Below, piece after piece: positions 24,788 to 37,887 of a DNA stretch of 64,000 nt. The stretch lies in NCBI GenBank assembly GCA_017654855.1, contig CM030332.1, positions 3,162,001 through 3,226,000 of the forward strand, written 5' to 3'. Origin of the DNA: Podospora anserina (taxonomy: Eukaryota). Every line of letters begins with the position of its first letter. The first letter of the stretch is position 1. Position numbers and translations under genes: made by a program. The notes beneath the pieces were generated by a model. That model had not been told where the DNA came from. It worked only from the letters and a program-made list of their open reading frames with translations, and ran no database searches.

Positions 24788-25578
24788 GGTTGCTGATGTG
24801 CCGATTTCTGACAGGCAAGTGTTGCCAATAGAGATGATGTGCGGTAGGATTGTTGTTAATCCGGCAGATGGTCTGGGTACCTATTCAAGGGAGTATTGAT
24901 ACCTCCCTTCGAATACCCCAACACCAGAAGTAATGTCTCAGTTGGTGTCTTGCATGATCTGACAAGACTTTATTAGAGATACACATGTTCTCCACAACTG
25001 CAGCTTTAAGAACCTTCATATTTGGTTTGAGCCATGTCTTGATCAGTTTGTGCCCCGGGGTTCTGGAGAGTATTGGTGTTGAGCACGATACCTACCAACC
25101 TACATATCCAGCGAACTGGTTTTCAAGATACCTTATCTAAAGGATCTTGCCGAAATGGTGTCTCAAGTCATCAGTTGGGCGCATTGTAACTCATGAATGG
25201 CCGAGTTAAGAAGCCATTGGCTGTCGATAGGTAACTGGAAGGTGTGAAGAATGAAGCGGTGTCGACCTGTTCATGGGTAGTTACCTCGACTCAAAAAACC
25301 TGGGAGTAATTTCAGATATTCTGTCTCTCATGGCGAGATTGAAACCAAAAATTACAATCAGAAGGTTATCATTCAATGCAAACAGCTTTAAGTCATTACA
25401 ATGCTATGTGTGGTTGTTCCTGAAAAGAAGGGTTAGGGTTCACCGTGCTCAACAGCGATGACGTATCTCTCTGTGCTCACTAGTCACAAAGCCGCGAACG
25501 CCAACACCTAGCTCTACCCAACAGCGCAACGTGGTCCATGACCTGTCGTCTTGTTTCCATCAAAGTGCATACCATAAA

Positions 25579-26321
25579 ATGCGCCCTGCTCTTATTTCTG
25601 TCGTTGCTCTGAGTGCCGCCGTTTCCTGTCAACTTGTAGTACCCCTCTTTCAGCAAAGAGCGGATGCAGCCCCGCCGTCACAGCGAACTCTCAACCACAA
25701 TCAAAAGATCATGGACCCCAACAACGGCCCCGGTCCGGCGTTGCCTCCGGACTCCGGAGTTCCGTCGAGGACTGACCCACCTCCGCACTCTGGCGGCGGT
25801 GGTGTTATCCTTTCGGATGTGATCGGCCGGGATAGGTCTGTCAACTTATTTGCAGGGTATAGTCACCTCAGCATCTTTCTAGTCCGATAAGATTCACTAA
25901 CATATCGTGGTATAGCTTCATCAGAAATATTGAATCCACCTCTGTTCGGCTTGATGACCCGTCAAAAAACACAACGGTGCTCGCGCCGCTCAACTCTGCG
26001 GTGGAGGGCTTACCTCGTAAACCATGGGAAGATCCCAGAGAGTACGGTGCCCTTGGGCCCAATGCTTATGAAGGAGGTGATGGCCATGAGAGGGCACAGA
26101 AGAACATTCAGCGGTTTGTGGAGGCTCACCTTATCCCGGTTGGTATCTGGTCCAAGGGCCAGAAGGTGAAGACTCTGCTTGGGGATAGGGAGGTGTGGTG
26201 GGAAGAAAAGGAAGACGGGACCCGTGTGGTGCAGCCGGGGGATATTGAGGTTGTTGAGGTTTCGAGCTCTGTTGCGAATGGTGAGGTGTGGATTTTGAAG
26301 AAGGTTCGGAATTATGCCTGA
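25579..26321 (+). CDS. Secreted FAS1 (fasciclin) domain protein, YDR262W-like
   Basis: Signal peptide; TTVLAPLNSA, RKPWEDP, FVEAHL, VANGEVWIL. Intron 25857-25915. Confidence 0.85.
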
Positions 26322-26844
26322 AGGGGGGTTTTGGGAACGTGTTTGTATAGATGTTGGTTTTACACAAGCCATCGTTTGATGTCGTCTATGACAGGATAGA
26401 ATGTTGGCTGAATCGGAGCTCCTGATGTAAGGAAATATATTCTCTGTATACCTGAATGATACATATCCTCACCAGAGACGCCTCCACATCTGATGGGCTG
26501 GCAGACGGGGCGTACCTTGCATTAGACTTGCTGTCACGTGCAGGGCATATCGTCATCCCCCTTATCCGAGGCCGGTGTTTTCCCGGAGTTGTTGGGCGTT
26601 ATCGATAAGAATGCGACGGAACTTGCCATCCATTCATTCTGCACAGTAGTGGCTAGCAACGCCTCCTTTCTACACTGGCGAAAACACAGCTGTCTCAGAC
26701 CAGAAGCCCTTGTCTTGGTAGATGACTTCTTGTGGAAGGCCCATATGATCGCAGTGATAGCTGTAAGCTGCCCTGTACGCCCCCGTCCGGTGCTTTTATT
26801 GATGATCTAAACCTTTGCATAGAGGCTTCGCGCAGCCGTCCACG

Positions 26845-29800
26845 ATGAATAGCCAGCCCCTGCACCCAGGCCCCGGAGCCGCCTTTGACCGCGAGCGCGA
26901 CATGGAGGAGCAACGCCATCGTGCCCTCCAACAGGACGAGATTGCCCGACGGGACCGAGAAAGAGAGCGCGACCGTGACCGTGACCGCGACCGTGATCGT
27001 GACGACGCTGAGCGCCAGCACCGCGAACCCTACCAGCCCGCTGCCCCTCATCACAGCAGTGCCGGCTCCCTCCCTATCCACCAACCCGTCGCATCCAGAA
27101 TATCAAACTCCATCACCGGCCCTGGAGGCTTGCTGGCAAACCACAATAATCCTGCCCCCGCTCTGCCAGTTGGTGGACCTCCCGGCCCTGCGCCTAGCTT
27201 TGGTGGAGCGCTTCACTCTGCCGAGGCCGGTCGCCCCCCTCAGCATGGCGCCCCCGGAGCTGCCCCAGCCCCTCAGCACCAGATGTTTGGACCTATGGTA
27301 CATGGACCAAATGGTCCTCCTCCCAACTCCTTGGGTGGTGCCGGTGGAGGGCCGGGACCAGCTGCCATCTTCGGCGGGCCGTTGCAGCAGCAGCAGCAGG
27401 AGAATGGGCGGGCGCTGGCGCAAGAAGGGGCCCGCAGCATGCAGCAGCTCCCCTTTGGCCCCGGCGTAAATCCTCCTCATGGCATGACTCCTGGCTCAAA
27501 TAACATGGGCCAAGGGCAGCAGCCGATCTTGAACGTAGGTGACCTTGCGGTGGTGATGTTGAAACGTTGGCGCTGACTGTGACATCACGGAATAGGATGC
27601 GTTGAGCTATCTTGATCAGGTGAAGGTTCAGTTCTCCGAACAGCCCGATGTGTACAACAAATTCTTGGACATTATGAAGGACTTCAAGAGTCAAACGTGG
27701 GTGCTCTCTGTTGCGATCTGATTGGTGATGCGAAGAGCAGGTTGACTAACGTGGAGCAGAATCGACACGCCGGGCGTGATCAATAGGGTGTCCGAGCTTT
27801 TCGCTGGCCATCCGACGTTAATCCAAGGGTTCAACACCTTCCTCCCTCCTGGCTATCGCATCGAGTGCGGCCTGGAGAACAACCCCAATAGCATCCGCGT
27901 GACCACCCCATCCGGGTCCATGATTCACTCGATCGGAGCGCCCCGACCAGCGCAACTCGAGCCAGCACCTCCGACATCGAACCCTCCTCAAGGATACATT
28001 GGCACCGTGAGACCTGGGCCGTGGCAGCAGGTTTTGCAACACAGCGTGGAAAGTCCCGAGGCTGCCTTCAGTGTCCCGGCCCAGAACGGTCCACCAGGGT
28101 TCCCTGGCTCAAGCCAGAGCGCGTCTTTCGAAACTAGCCCGAATCAACCAAGATCAGTGCCGGCGGTTCCCAACGGTTCTGCCCTGAGCCAACCTCCAGT
28201 CCCGCGAACAGCACACACTCCAACACCTGGCGCCGGTCCACCAAGTGCAAACGGTTCTGCCGCTCAGCAGGCCAGCATGGAAAAGCGGGGACCCGTCGAG
28301 TTCAACCACGCGATCAGTTACGTGAATAAGATCAAGGTACGCGACTTTTTTCCCCCTGTTGCTCCCGTGCGTATTGTTTCCTATTCACCTCGAGTCTCAA
28401 TGGGGCACCTCAATGGGGAGTCGATGGGTCAAGCAAGCACAGAGTGGATACACTTTTTTCTCTCCCTGGCACAACGCCCATTGACGCCTTCTCTTATTCA
28501 GAATCGCTTCCAGGACAAACCCGAAATCTACAAGCAATTCTTGGAGATACTCCAAACGTACCAACGCGAGCAAAAGCCCATCCAAGACGTATATTCGCAA
28601 GTCACGACGCTCTTCCACTCGGCCCCCGATCTTCTCGAAGACTTCAAACAATTTCTCCCCGAGTCGGCCGCGCAGACCCGATCCGCCGGTCAGCGACCTG
28701 ACGAAACAATGCCCATGGCAATCACCACTCCCACGCCCCAGCCCGGCAGTCTCCAGCGCGACGGTCCCAAGATGCCTCCGGTTGGCAATTTTGCGCCACC
28801 GGCGAGTGCCGCGAAGGAGACCAAGAAGCGACGCGCCGAGAAACCTGCGACTGCCGCTTCTGCCTCTGTCGCGAACGAACAAGCGCAGTCATCTGCTCTC
28901 CGCGGATCGTTACCTGCCGCCACGACTGGCAACAAACGGATGAAGGTGACGCACAAGCCCAACAATGCCGATGTTGCCTTTATAGAGTCAACTTTGACTC
29001 CCACTATGCCCGAGCCTCTCCCTCCCACTCCCATCAACATTTCCCATCAAGACGAGCTTGCGTTTTTCGAGAAAGTCAAGAAGCACATTGGCAACCGAAC
29101 CGCCAACACAGAATTCCTCAAGCTGATCAACATGTGGAACAACGACCTGATCGACACACCTACCTTGGTCTACAAGGCGAACCAGTTTATGGGCGGCAAT
29201 CCCGAGTTGCTTGCCAGTCTGCGGGCTATCCTCAGGTACGACGACGCCACAGATGATTTCGTCGAGAACAAACCCGAGCCACCCACGGGCAAGGTTTCCC
29301 TGAGCAATTGTCGCGGCTTCGGCCCGAGCTACCGACTCCTCCCTAGAAGGGAACGGCTCAAGCCTTGCACCGGCCGCGACGAGCTCTGCCAATCGGTTCT
29401 CAATGATGAGTGGGCGTCACACCCGACCTGGGCCTCCGAAGACTCCGGTTTTGTTGCCCACAGAAAGAATGCGTACGAGGAAGGTCTCCACCGTATCGAG
29501 GAGGAGCGCCATGACTACGACTTCTTCATCGAGGCCAACCAGAAGTGCATCCAGCTCTTGGAGCCCATTGCTCACAGCATGCTCAACATGCCGGCGTCAG
29601 AAAGACACAACTTCACCATGCCTGTAGGACTCGGAGGGCAGAGTACTTCGATCTACAAGAGGGTGTTGAAGAAGATTTACGGCCCAGAGAAGGGCTGCGA
29701 AGTTGCCAACGACTTGTTCCGAAACCCCTACGCCGTTGTACCTATTGTGTTAGCGCGTTTGAAGCAGAAGGACGAGGAGTGGCGATTTACGCAAAGAGAA

Positions 29801-31698
29801 TGGGAGAAAGTGTGGCAGAACCAGACCGAGGCTATGCACCTCAAGAGTTTGGACCACATGGGTATCCAAGTCAAGATCAGCGACAAGCGCAGCCTCTCTG
29901 CCAAACATCTCGTCGACAGTATCAAGACCAAGCACGAAGAACAACGCCGTATCCGTCTTGCAAAGGGTCAAACCGCACGATACCAGTTTCTTTACAAGCT
30001 GGAAGACCAGGGTGTTCTCCTCGATTTACTTCGCCTTATGGTGGTCTACGTCAATAGCAATGGCGGACACAGCGGCGTGGAGAAGAGAAGGATCATCGAG
30101 TTCTTCGAGAAGTTTATTCCCACCTTCTTTGACATTCCCGACGAGAAGTTCCAGGAAAGAATCAACGACATCGAGGTGGAGTCCGCGGAAGAGGATGAGG
30201 ATGACGGTACTCCTTTGGAGCTCACCAATGGCCGCAGTCGTCGAAATGGCAAAAAGTCCGACCTCCTTCGCGGCGTCTTGGATCCTGGCCGCAACGGCAG
30301 TCGTAGCAGAGGGCAGAAGGAGGGCAGTGCCGCCTCGGGCAGCAAGGAGACAACACCCGACGTTGGATCTGCGAACGAGGAAGAGATGCCTGACGCCCCA
30401 GAGGATGGCTCCGTTCCTGAGGTGTCGAATGGCCGCTGGCTTCCCACGATCCCACGACCTGCCATTGTCGATAAAAGCAAGGGTGATCCAGCGAATGACC
30501 TGGTCGATGTGGACGGCGAGTTGAAGGCAGACGCTCCATTCACCCGATCGGTCTACAACTTTTACTGCAACCAGACCATCTATGTCTTCTTCACCATCTT
30601 CACGACGTTATACAAGCGATTGTTGGATGTCAAGGAGAGCAGAGCGAGCGTTTTCGAGGAGATTGAGCGTGAGCAGGCTGAGAAGCCAGCCAAGACCTTG
30701 GGCACAGTCAACGGTGGCTTGAAGTTCTTTGACCCCACTAACCCAGAGTCCTTCTGGCCAAAGACTGTCCAACTGATTGAGGACTACATTGGTGGTGAGG
30801 TTGATGAGAACCGGTACCAGGATGTGTTGCGCCACTACTACCTCAAGAGGGGGTGGAAGTTGTACACCATTCAGGATGTCCTCAAGTCTCTGTGCCGTCT
30901 TGCGCTCCAGTGCAATAACCCGGACGCAAAAGGTGAGAAGGCCAAGGAACTAGTCAAGGCCTTCCTTGACAGCCGGGCGCAGAGCGAGACGAGTTTCCAG
31001 AATGAGATCAGCATGCGCAAGTTTGCCGAAAAGTGCATCAAGGATGGGGAGATGTTTGTCATTAGCTGGGTATGTTTCCCCTTCCGTGCCTAATGTTTTT
31101 TCTTTATTTCAGATCAGCTAACCCGTTTTTCCAGAACCCCAAGGGTAAATTCGCCACCACCCGCTGGCTCCAAAAGGACGAGACAACGTTTTACACGGAC
31201 GAGATGGAGCGGGTGCAGCAGTGGCAGTACTACATCTCGTCGTACATCCGGATCGAGAACACGGAAGGGATCCCGCGGTCTCGGCTGCAAAAGGTGTTGC
31301 TGGAGCGGAACCTGCCCTCGGACGCTAAGGACTCCTCTGACGATGGTTTCTCGCCCAAGCCGCTGGTGTACTCTGAGAACCTGATTGTCCGGACCTGCCT
31401 CAACTCTTACAAGATGGTGTTTGAGCAGGGCACTAGTGACTGCGCCGTCTACAGTACCGATTCGGCCAGGGAGGTTGAGGTGGACGGGGACGAGGACGCG
31501 GCACAGGCGATGTTTTCGGCGGAGTTGAGGGGGGAGAAGATCAAGGAGAGGTTGTTGATTAATAACCAGTGGATGAAGGGGCATAGTCATGATGAGGTGC
31601 AGAGGTCGAAGGATGATTTTCAGAGGTGGATGGATGGGGTTGTTGGGGGGGTGGATGGAGGGGAGGGACAGGGGCAGGATGTGGCTATGGAGGGTTGA
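26845..31698 (+). CDS. SIN3: Sin3 transcriptional corepressor (PAH1-3, HDAC-interacting domain)
   Basis: [72 protein letters not shown]. Introns about 27535-27595, 27697-27759, 28337-28501, 31070-31134. Confidence 0.96.
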
Positions 31699-33380
31699 GA
31701 GGGGGGGAAGGATATGGGTATGAACGGATGGAACTGAATGGGCTTATGGAGTTGGGCGCATTTGTTTTTTATCTTTGAGCAGGTTTCCATTTTTTCTTTT
31801 TTTTCCGAGAGGGTAAAAGAACGATATCCTGGGTGTTTTATGTTCCTTTTATACAAGAATACCTTAGTCGAGCGCCCCTTTTTACTTTTGCACATAAGTT
31901 TGTTGTTGAGCTACCTGGTTCGGTTCACTTGTTGATACGATGGCGGGGAGGATGGGGGCTGTTTTTGGTGTGAGTTGGTATGTGACTATGGTTGGGAGGG
32001 TAGAGAAGTTGGAGAGGCAGAAACAAGAGCTTATAACTATGGAGTTTTTGATGAAAATAATGGTGGTTTGGGAGGGAGGGGAGAATTTGGCAGGTGAGGC
32101 GGGCGGGCGTTTGATATCTGTGATTAGACTTGACTGACGGTCTTGATCTTGGGGGCTCTCCTATCTTTGTTTTTCTGTTCCTTGGAAGGGGTGGTGGTTA
32201 TCTTTTGGGGGGGGGGTGAACTTTGCTAGCTTTGCTTAGCAGGTTTATAGGGGAGTTCTTATATGATTCTGGGTGTGTTTTTGGCAATGTGTTGATGTGA
32301 TGTGTGTACCTGCTCTTGAAGTCGCACATAGTTTTGGTTTTTATCACGTCCAGAGTGGTAGAACCTGGATGTGATGGTTTTGGTGGTCTGGGAGAGGTGG
32401 TGGGTGACTGCTGGGTTGGATGGGGAGAGTTGGTGTTTTGGCGATGTGGTTACTGTCTTGAGCCCTGGTGATGGACGTGCTAGGGCACCTTACCTCGGAA
32501 GATAGTTCCGGCAATTGTGTGAGAGAAAGTCTAGAACATTCACCGGTCGGTATTAACTTGGGACGTCATAGCCGCGTTGTGGCGGCCATGTGGGCTCTGG
32601 AAAAAGAAGTCATTTATTTTTTCTTGTTGAGGAGGTAACTACCGGTAGGGTAAATCCTTCTTGCTCTCATTTATCACGACCATTGGCATGTCATCGTTAC
32701 GGGGTTGTTGGGTGTGTGATCCGGGAAAGTGAGGGTATAGAAGGGAGTTTTAAGACCGTTGTGTGAGGTCATTTACGGGGCAGAATTTTCATGAAGCATC
32801 TGGGAACAGAAGTGTGGCGATATCTTTGCTAATTTTCTCTTTGTCGAAACTCAGAGGAGCAACGAGAGAGGTGCGGTAAAGTACCGGGTGACGTTGCCGG
32901 AGGGGCAAAGGTGGGTGGTAGTAGTAACGGTGATTTGTGGGGAGGTGAGTGGGGGGGGAAGGGGAGGGGTGAATACGATATAAGGTAGGGGTTCAGGGGT
33001 ATTTAGTTGAGGTACAGGTCTGTGTGTGGAGATTGATTACGAGTGTGATAGAGGAAAAAAGCGTTGAAGATGTTCAGAGTGGGTAGTGTAAGGTAGAGAG
33101 AAGAAATAATGTAGGGTGATTTGTTGCGGATAGGTAGCTGAGTCTGGCGAAGAGAGCGAGCGTGACGATATTCATTGCGAAGAGACAAAATGAAGAGGTT
33201 AAGCAGATAGCCAGATATGAGCTAAAAGAATGGCTTCTCGCATTCCATAGACTAATTGATACACAAAGACCCAACGACGCCCCCTGAATTCAACTTTTTT
33301 CACCCGCACCGCCTGACCACCCCTTTTCACCCCCTCACCCCCCCTTTTTTTTTCAGCACCAGCAACCCTCGCTGTGTTCT

Positions 33381-34172
33381 CTATGCCTGAGGCCTGACAG
33401 TGATAACAGGATACGTAGGAATCGGCACCGGCACAAGCCTGATGCTAGTGCTGACCGGCGGCCTGCAAGGAGGAGCAGTGAATGTAGGCCACGGCTTGCA
33501 GTCAGGGAAGCATCTGTTTTCTTGATCAGTCTCTTCATTTCCACCGGCAGGATACAAGGAAGAGGGAGGGGGGATCTTACCCGCCATACATCATCCCACA
33601 CTCATTGATGTAATCAGCACAAACCGTCATTCCGCTCCCGTTGCAAGTCGAGGGCTTGGTAGTGGATGTCGGGATCTTGGTCGTCACGGGCTTGGGGGTA
33701 GTGGTCGGCTTAGGAGTAGTGGTAGGCTTCTTCGAGGTAGAGGTGGGCTTCTTGGAAGTGGTGGTAGCCTTGGCAGTGGTGGTGGTCTTCTTGGTGGTGG
33801 TAGTCGCCTTCCTGGTGGAGGTCGTCAAGGTGCGCTTGGAAGTTGTACTGGTCGTCTTCTTGGTGGTAGCAGAGGGAGTCAACTGGACCACCTTGGTTGT
33901 GACGACAGTGGAGGTGGCCGGGCAAGCGGGCGGCTTGGGCTTCTGGTCGGCCTTGCAGACGTTGTAGCAGCTATTATGCTGTTAATGACTTGCTGACTTG
34001 AAAGAAGGAAAAAGAGGCAAAAATACCCGCCGTATTTGACACCACAAGCATTCAGGGCGTCAAAGCAGATGATCCCGTCCACACAAGGCTCCTCATCGGG
34101 CACATCAACAGGGGCTGCTACCGCCAACCCTCCCAAGACAACAAGAGAAGAAAACACTGTCGTCAGCTGCAT
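33381..34172 (-). CDS. Secreted protein with two Cys-rich modules flanking a Thr/Lys-rich mucin-like stalk
   Basis: Signal peptide MQLTTVFSSLVVLGGLAVA; modules CFDALNACGVKYGG|C and CADYINECGMMYGG|C; 2 introns. Confidence 0.8.
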
Positions 34173-36622
34173 GGTGATGATGGGGTCAAGTAAGACAGCG
34201 GAGGCGTTCCAAGAGTCTAAGAAAGGAAGGTGAAGCGCAAGAAGCAAGGGGAATACGTGCTTGGGTTGACAGATGACGAGGGACAAGACCAGACATATAC
34301 GCTTATGCTGCACACACACGTAGGGCACTCAGACACACCCGCCCATCCACAAGCCAGGATCTGGTTATAGAAACCTCAGCTTGCCAGCAAGCCAAGCAAG
34401 CAGCTGGAATGTAACCATGGGCCATCTGTTGTTTCTCGTGTTTTCATAAGCCCATAAACCTGCAACGGCCGGGTCTACTACCTTAGCTACGCTAGCTCAG
34501 GTAAGGGTGTATAAAGAAGAGTAGCATGCTCGGTATTGACAATGGGATTCTTCCAGCCACTTGACATCAATCGTTGGTAGAGATTCATGCTACTACAGTG
34601 TCAAACGAGACGCCACAGAATGGAAGCCAAGCCGGATAGGTCTTAGAATCCAAGACAGAAAAGGGTAATTGAAGGACTGATATTCCGACTTACATACTTT
34701 TGAACTTGAATGTAGGGAGTAGCGAGTTAAAATCTTTGAAAAGGTAGGGTTGCGTACAATGTCTTAGCCTGCGTAAGTAATAGCCTAAGGTAAGCCGATC
34801 CCCCCCGGATTTTCGGAGCGGTTGAAAGGGGAACCATTCTTCTCCCACACCAAAAGCTCAACCCGCAAAAAAGTTCAGAACTAGAAGCATCCCTTCGGAA
34901 TTGGCCCGCATGGACATTCCAAGGGAAACAGCAGCGCAGACAGCAAGGAAAACTCTCCGTCGTCCCAAGACAGGCACCATTGCAACCCAGTGTAAGGGTC
35001 CTCGCTCGGACATCAGACGACCATTCCTCTGCCCTGCTGCCATGCGGGTGACATCCATTCACAACCGTCTCCCATGTTCCGGCAGTCTGCATATTGCAGC
35101 CGTCGGGGAGACTTGGACCGTAGCTCTTGGCATTGAACCTCGATGGCGTGTAGACTTACACATGTCCATACCGGACCGGCTTCGGTTCGCGTGTAGAATG
35201 TTCCCGTGGTTGGAGCAACCAAGGAGAACATGGCGAGTGTCCTTGTTCCTGAAATAGCTGTACGTCGCCCGCTCGACGGCTCCGTCCGGCACGAACTCCT
35301 GCTGCAACACAAACTTAATATCGACTGGCCGTCTGTGGTCCCACTGAGTCCTTCAACGAGAAGAAGGAAGAGAAGCAAAAGGTCAGGAGAAACGTTGCGG
35401 CTGCGGTTGTCGACGGCTTCGTACGGACGGAGGGCGTATATCCTATCTCAAAAATTAGTCCATGGGCGGTTCTCGTTAATTGTTTGTGCATCCGCGCGGC
35501 TGTCGGGTCCGTGAGTCGAAGAGGAAGGAGGCATTGTCAAACTCAGCGTGGGGTGATGCTGTCTTGCTTGTCTGCCATGTGGTTTGACATCCATAGTCTG
35601 GGGAAAAACAACCGGGGAATTTCTAAGCCACTGGCCCACACTGGTGGGCTGTAAGTGTGTCTAACGGACATGAGGTCAGAAATTGAAAACAATCTTTCTA
35701 GAACCGATGGAAGCCACTTGAAGAAGCCAAGTGTACCTGCCTCGCCTTGGGGGCAATCTCGTCTTCATCTCCTGCCGCGGTACAAAAAGGAAGGCGACAG
35801 GAAGAAAGGGTTCGGTCAGCGTTCGCAGCAGAGAGGCAACACAAGCCGCAATGTACAGTCATCTGCCGACCTGCCGTTAGGGTTCTCGTCCAAGCATTTC
35901 GCTTCAGCATCCTCACATTTTCCTCCTAATTGCTTTCTGCGCGGATAGATGAGCCGATGAAGCCTTCAACCAGGTGTTTGGAGCTTCTAAAAATAATCCC
36001 CAAAGGAAAAAGAAAAAAAAGCAGAAAACAATTTAATCAATTCCGATTTCTTGCGGGGGGGGAAGCGGAAGGGGCAAGGGAAAGAAAGGCTCTGGAAGAA
36101 ACAAGATCGCCCAGAGATAGCGGTTGAATTGGTCAACGTCGTCGCTCAATTTGGCTTAATTGACTCCGGCAGTATGCCAAGGACGCATTGGCAATATCTA
36201 AGTCGGTACAACAAGCAAACAAAACGCGTGACGGTGAAGTGTGGGGTTGTGCTTGCCATTTTATGTGTGCGAGGGTGCGTGTGTGTGTGTATGTGTGTGT
36301 GTGTGGGTAGTAGGAGGCAAGATCATCACGAGAGGGCAGCAGGACATGAGATAATGGCAAGGATGAGGGGTGTTGAGTGTGGTGGTGGAAGAGACGAAAT
36401 TTCTGGTGATGATGTGATCAGTGAAGTGAAGACGACAGCGATACACAGACAAGTATATAAGACGACGCCACCGCCGGCATTGAGCCGATATTATCACCAT
36501 CACCATCACCAGCTCCAATAGCTTCATCAGACTCGAGTATTAGCTCCCTCCTCAGTTCTTCAAGCCACATCTTTCTCAGTACAGGGCCTCACCACCAGAG
36601 CCTCACCTAAACATCACCAAAA

Positions 36623-37326
36623 ATGAAGTTCCAGGCCATCCTCATCGCTACCCTCTCGGCCACCGGCCTCGCCTCCCCCGTCCCCGAGCCTCAAGCCAAG
36701 CCCAAGTTCGTCCAGGCTTACACCCTCCGTCTCTCCTCGTAAGTTTCTTCACTTGATGAGCCTCCTACCCACCCCTTAACACAATTAACTTCCGAAAACG
36801 ACCCCTATCCCTCTCTTTCACGCTCCCCCATCACCCCCAGCATGCCACCCCCTTAGCTAACCCCCCCAGGCGCACCCCCTCCCTAGACGGAAAACCCCTA
36901 ACCCTTTCCAACACAACCCTCGGCATCTTCCCCTCCTCCCCCTCCACCCCCCTCTTCTACCCCATCCGCAACCCCCAAACCAACCTCCTCGAGCTGCACT
37001 CCCCCCAAACCTCCTCCGCCCTCGCCCTAGTAGGCACCCACGGCCTCCTCTCCCTCTCCGCCCTCCCGAACCCGGCCTCCGTCACCGTCCCCACCGGCAC
37101 GACCCTCGACTGGCAAAACTTTGACCTCTCCGACGACGCCTCCGCCGGCTCCCTCACCTACGCAGGCAGCACCAAGGACGGCTCCTGGGTCGCCTTCCCC
37201 GTCGGAAAGGGTCAGGCGGGCGAGTGGGCCGTCAAGTGGAAGGACGTCACCGCCACCACGACCCAGAACTACATCCCCGTTAAGGTTGTCTACGAGGTTG
37301 TCGAGGGGTTCCACATTACTGCTTAG
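36623..37326 (+). CDS. Secreted protein of unknown function (about 190 aa), missed as a whole by the ORF track
   Basis: MKFQAILIATLSATGLASP signal peptide; intron about 36739-36869 with GCTAAC branch; strongly C-ending codons; TAG 37324-37326; TATA near 36454. Confidence 0.8.
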
Positions 37327-37887
37327 ATGTATATATCAGAGTGAAAAAAGAAAAAAAGAAAAAAAAAGGGGGGGGGGGGCCGGTTAGCTTGCCAAGAGGA
37401 TGATGAATGAAAGTTGGTGTTGTTTTGTTTATTTAGGGACCCAGCTGGGAAGGGGGAAAAAAAGGAAGGGGGAAAAAGCTGTTTTGATATTGATGTTTTC
37501 TTACTACTTCTTTCCTTTCCATAACTTGAATCAAAAGATTGATCATCTTGGAGGAAAAAACCCATCGTTTCCGTATTTCATGACTGCATTACCCCTGAAA
37601 CAAAAACTAAAACAAAACAAAAACCTATCAAAGAGTTGAACAAGAAAGCATTTCCATTGCTGTTACTCTGACAAAGTGAAACTCCAACCATGCAGGAGAC
37701 AAAGGTACAAGTTTACACATGTCTAGTTAGAAAAAAGCATGTCCCCGAGTAAACCCTTTCTGCGGACTAGACAAAAAAGAACCACGCACCACCCACCCAG
37801 GTCGTTCTTTTATTTTTCATATCCCAAACTCCCGTTTCTACATCACCACCTCTTTCCCCTCTCCCGTTACCCCAAACCACATTAAAT

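Noticed and set aside
35877..35885. AACCCTAAC (minus), similar to a telomerase RNA template; also TAACCCTAACCC at about 40777 (+)
   Set aside because: No pseudoknot, CR4/5 or Sm-site context identifiable; such short matches are expected by chance.
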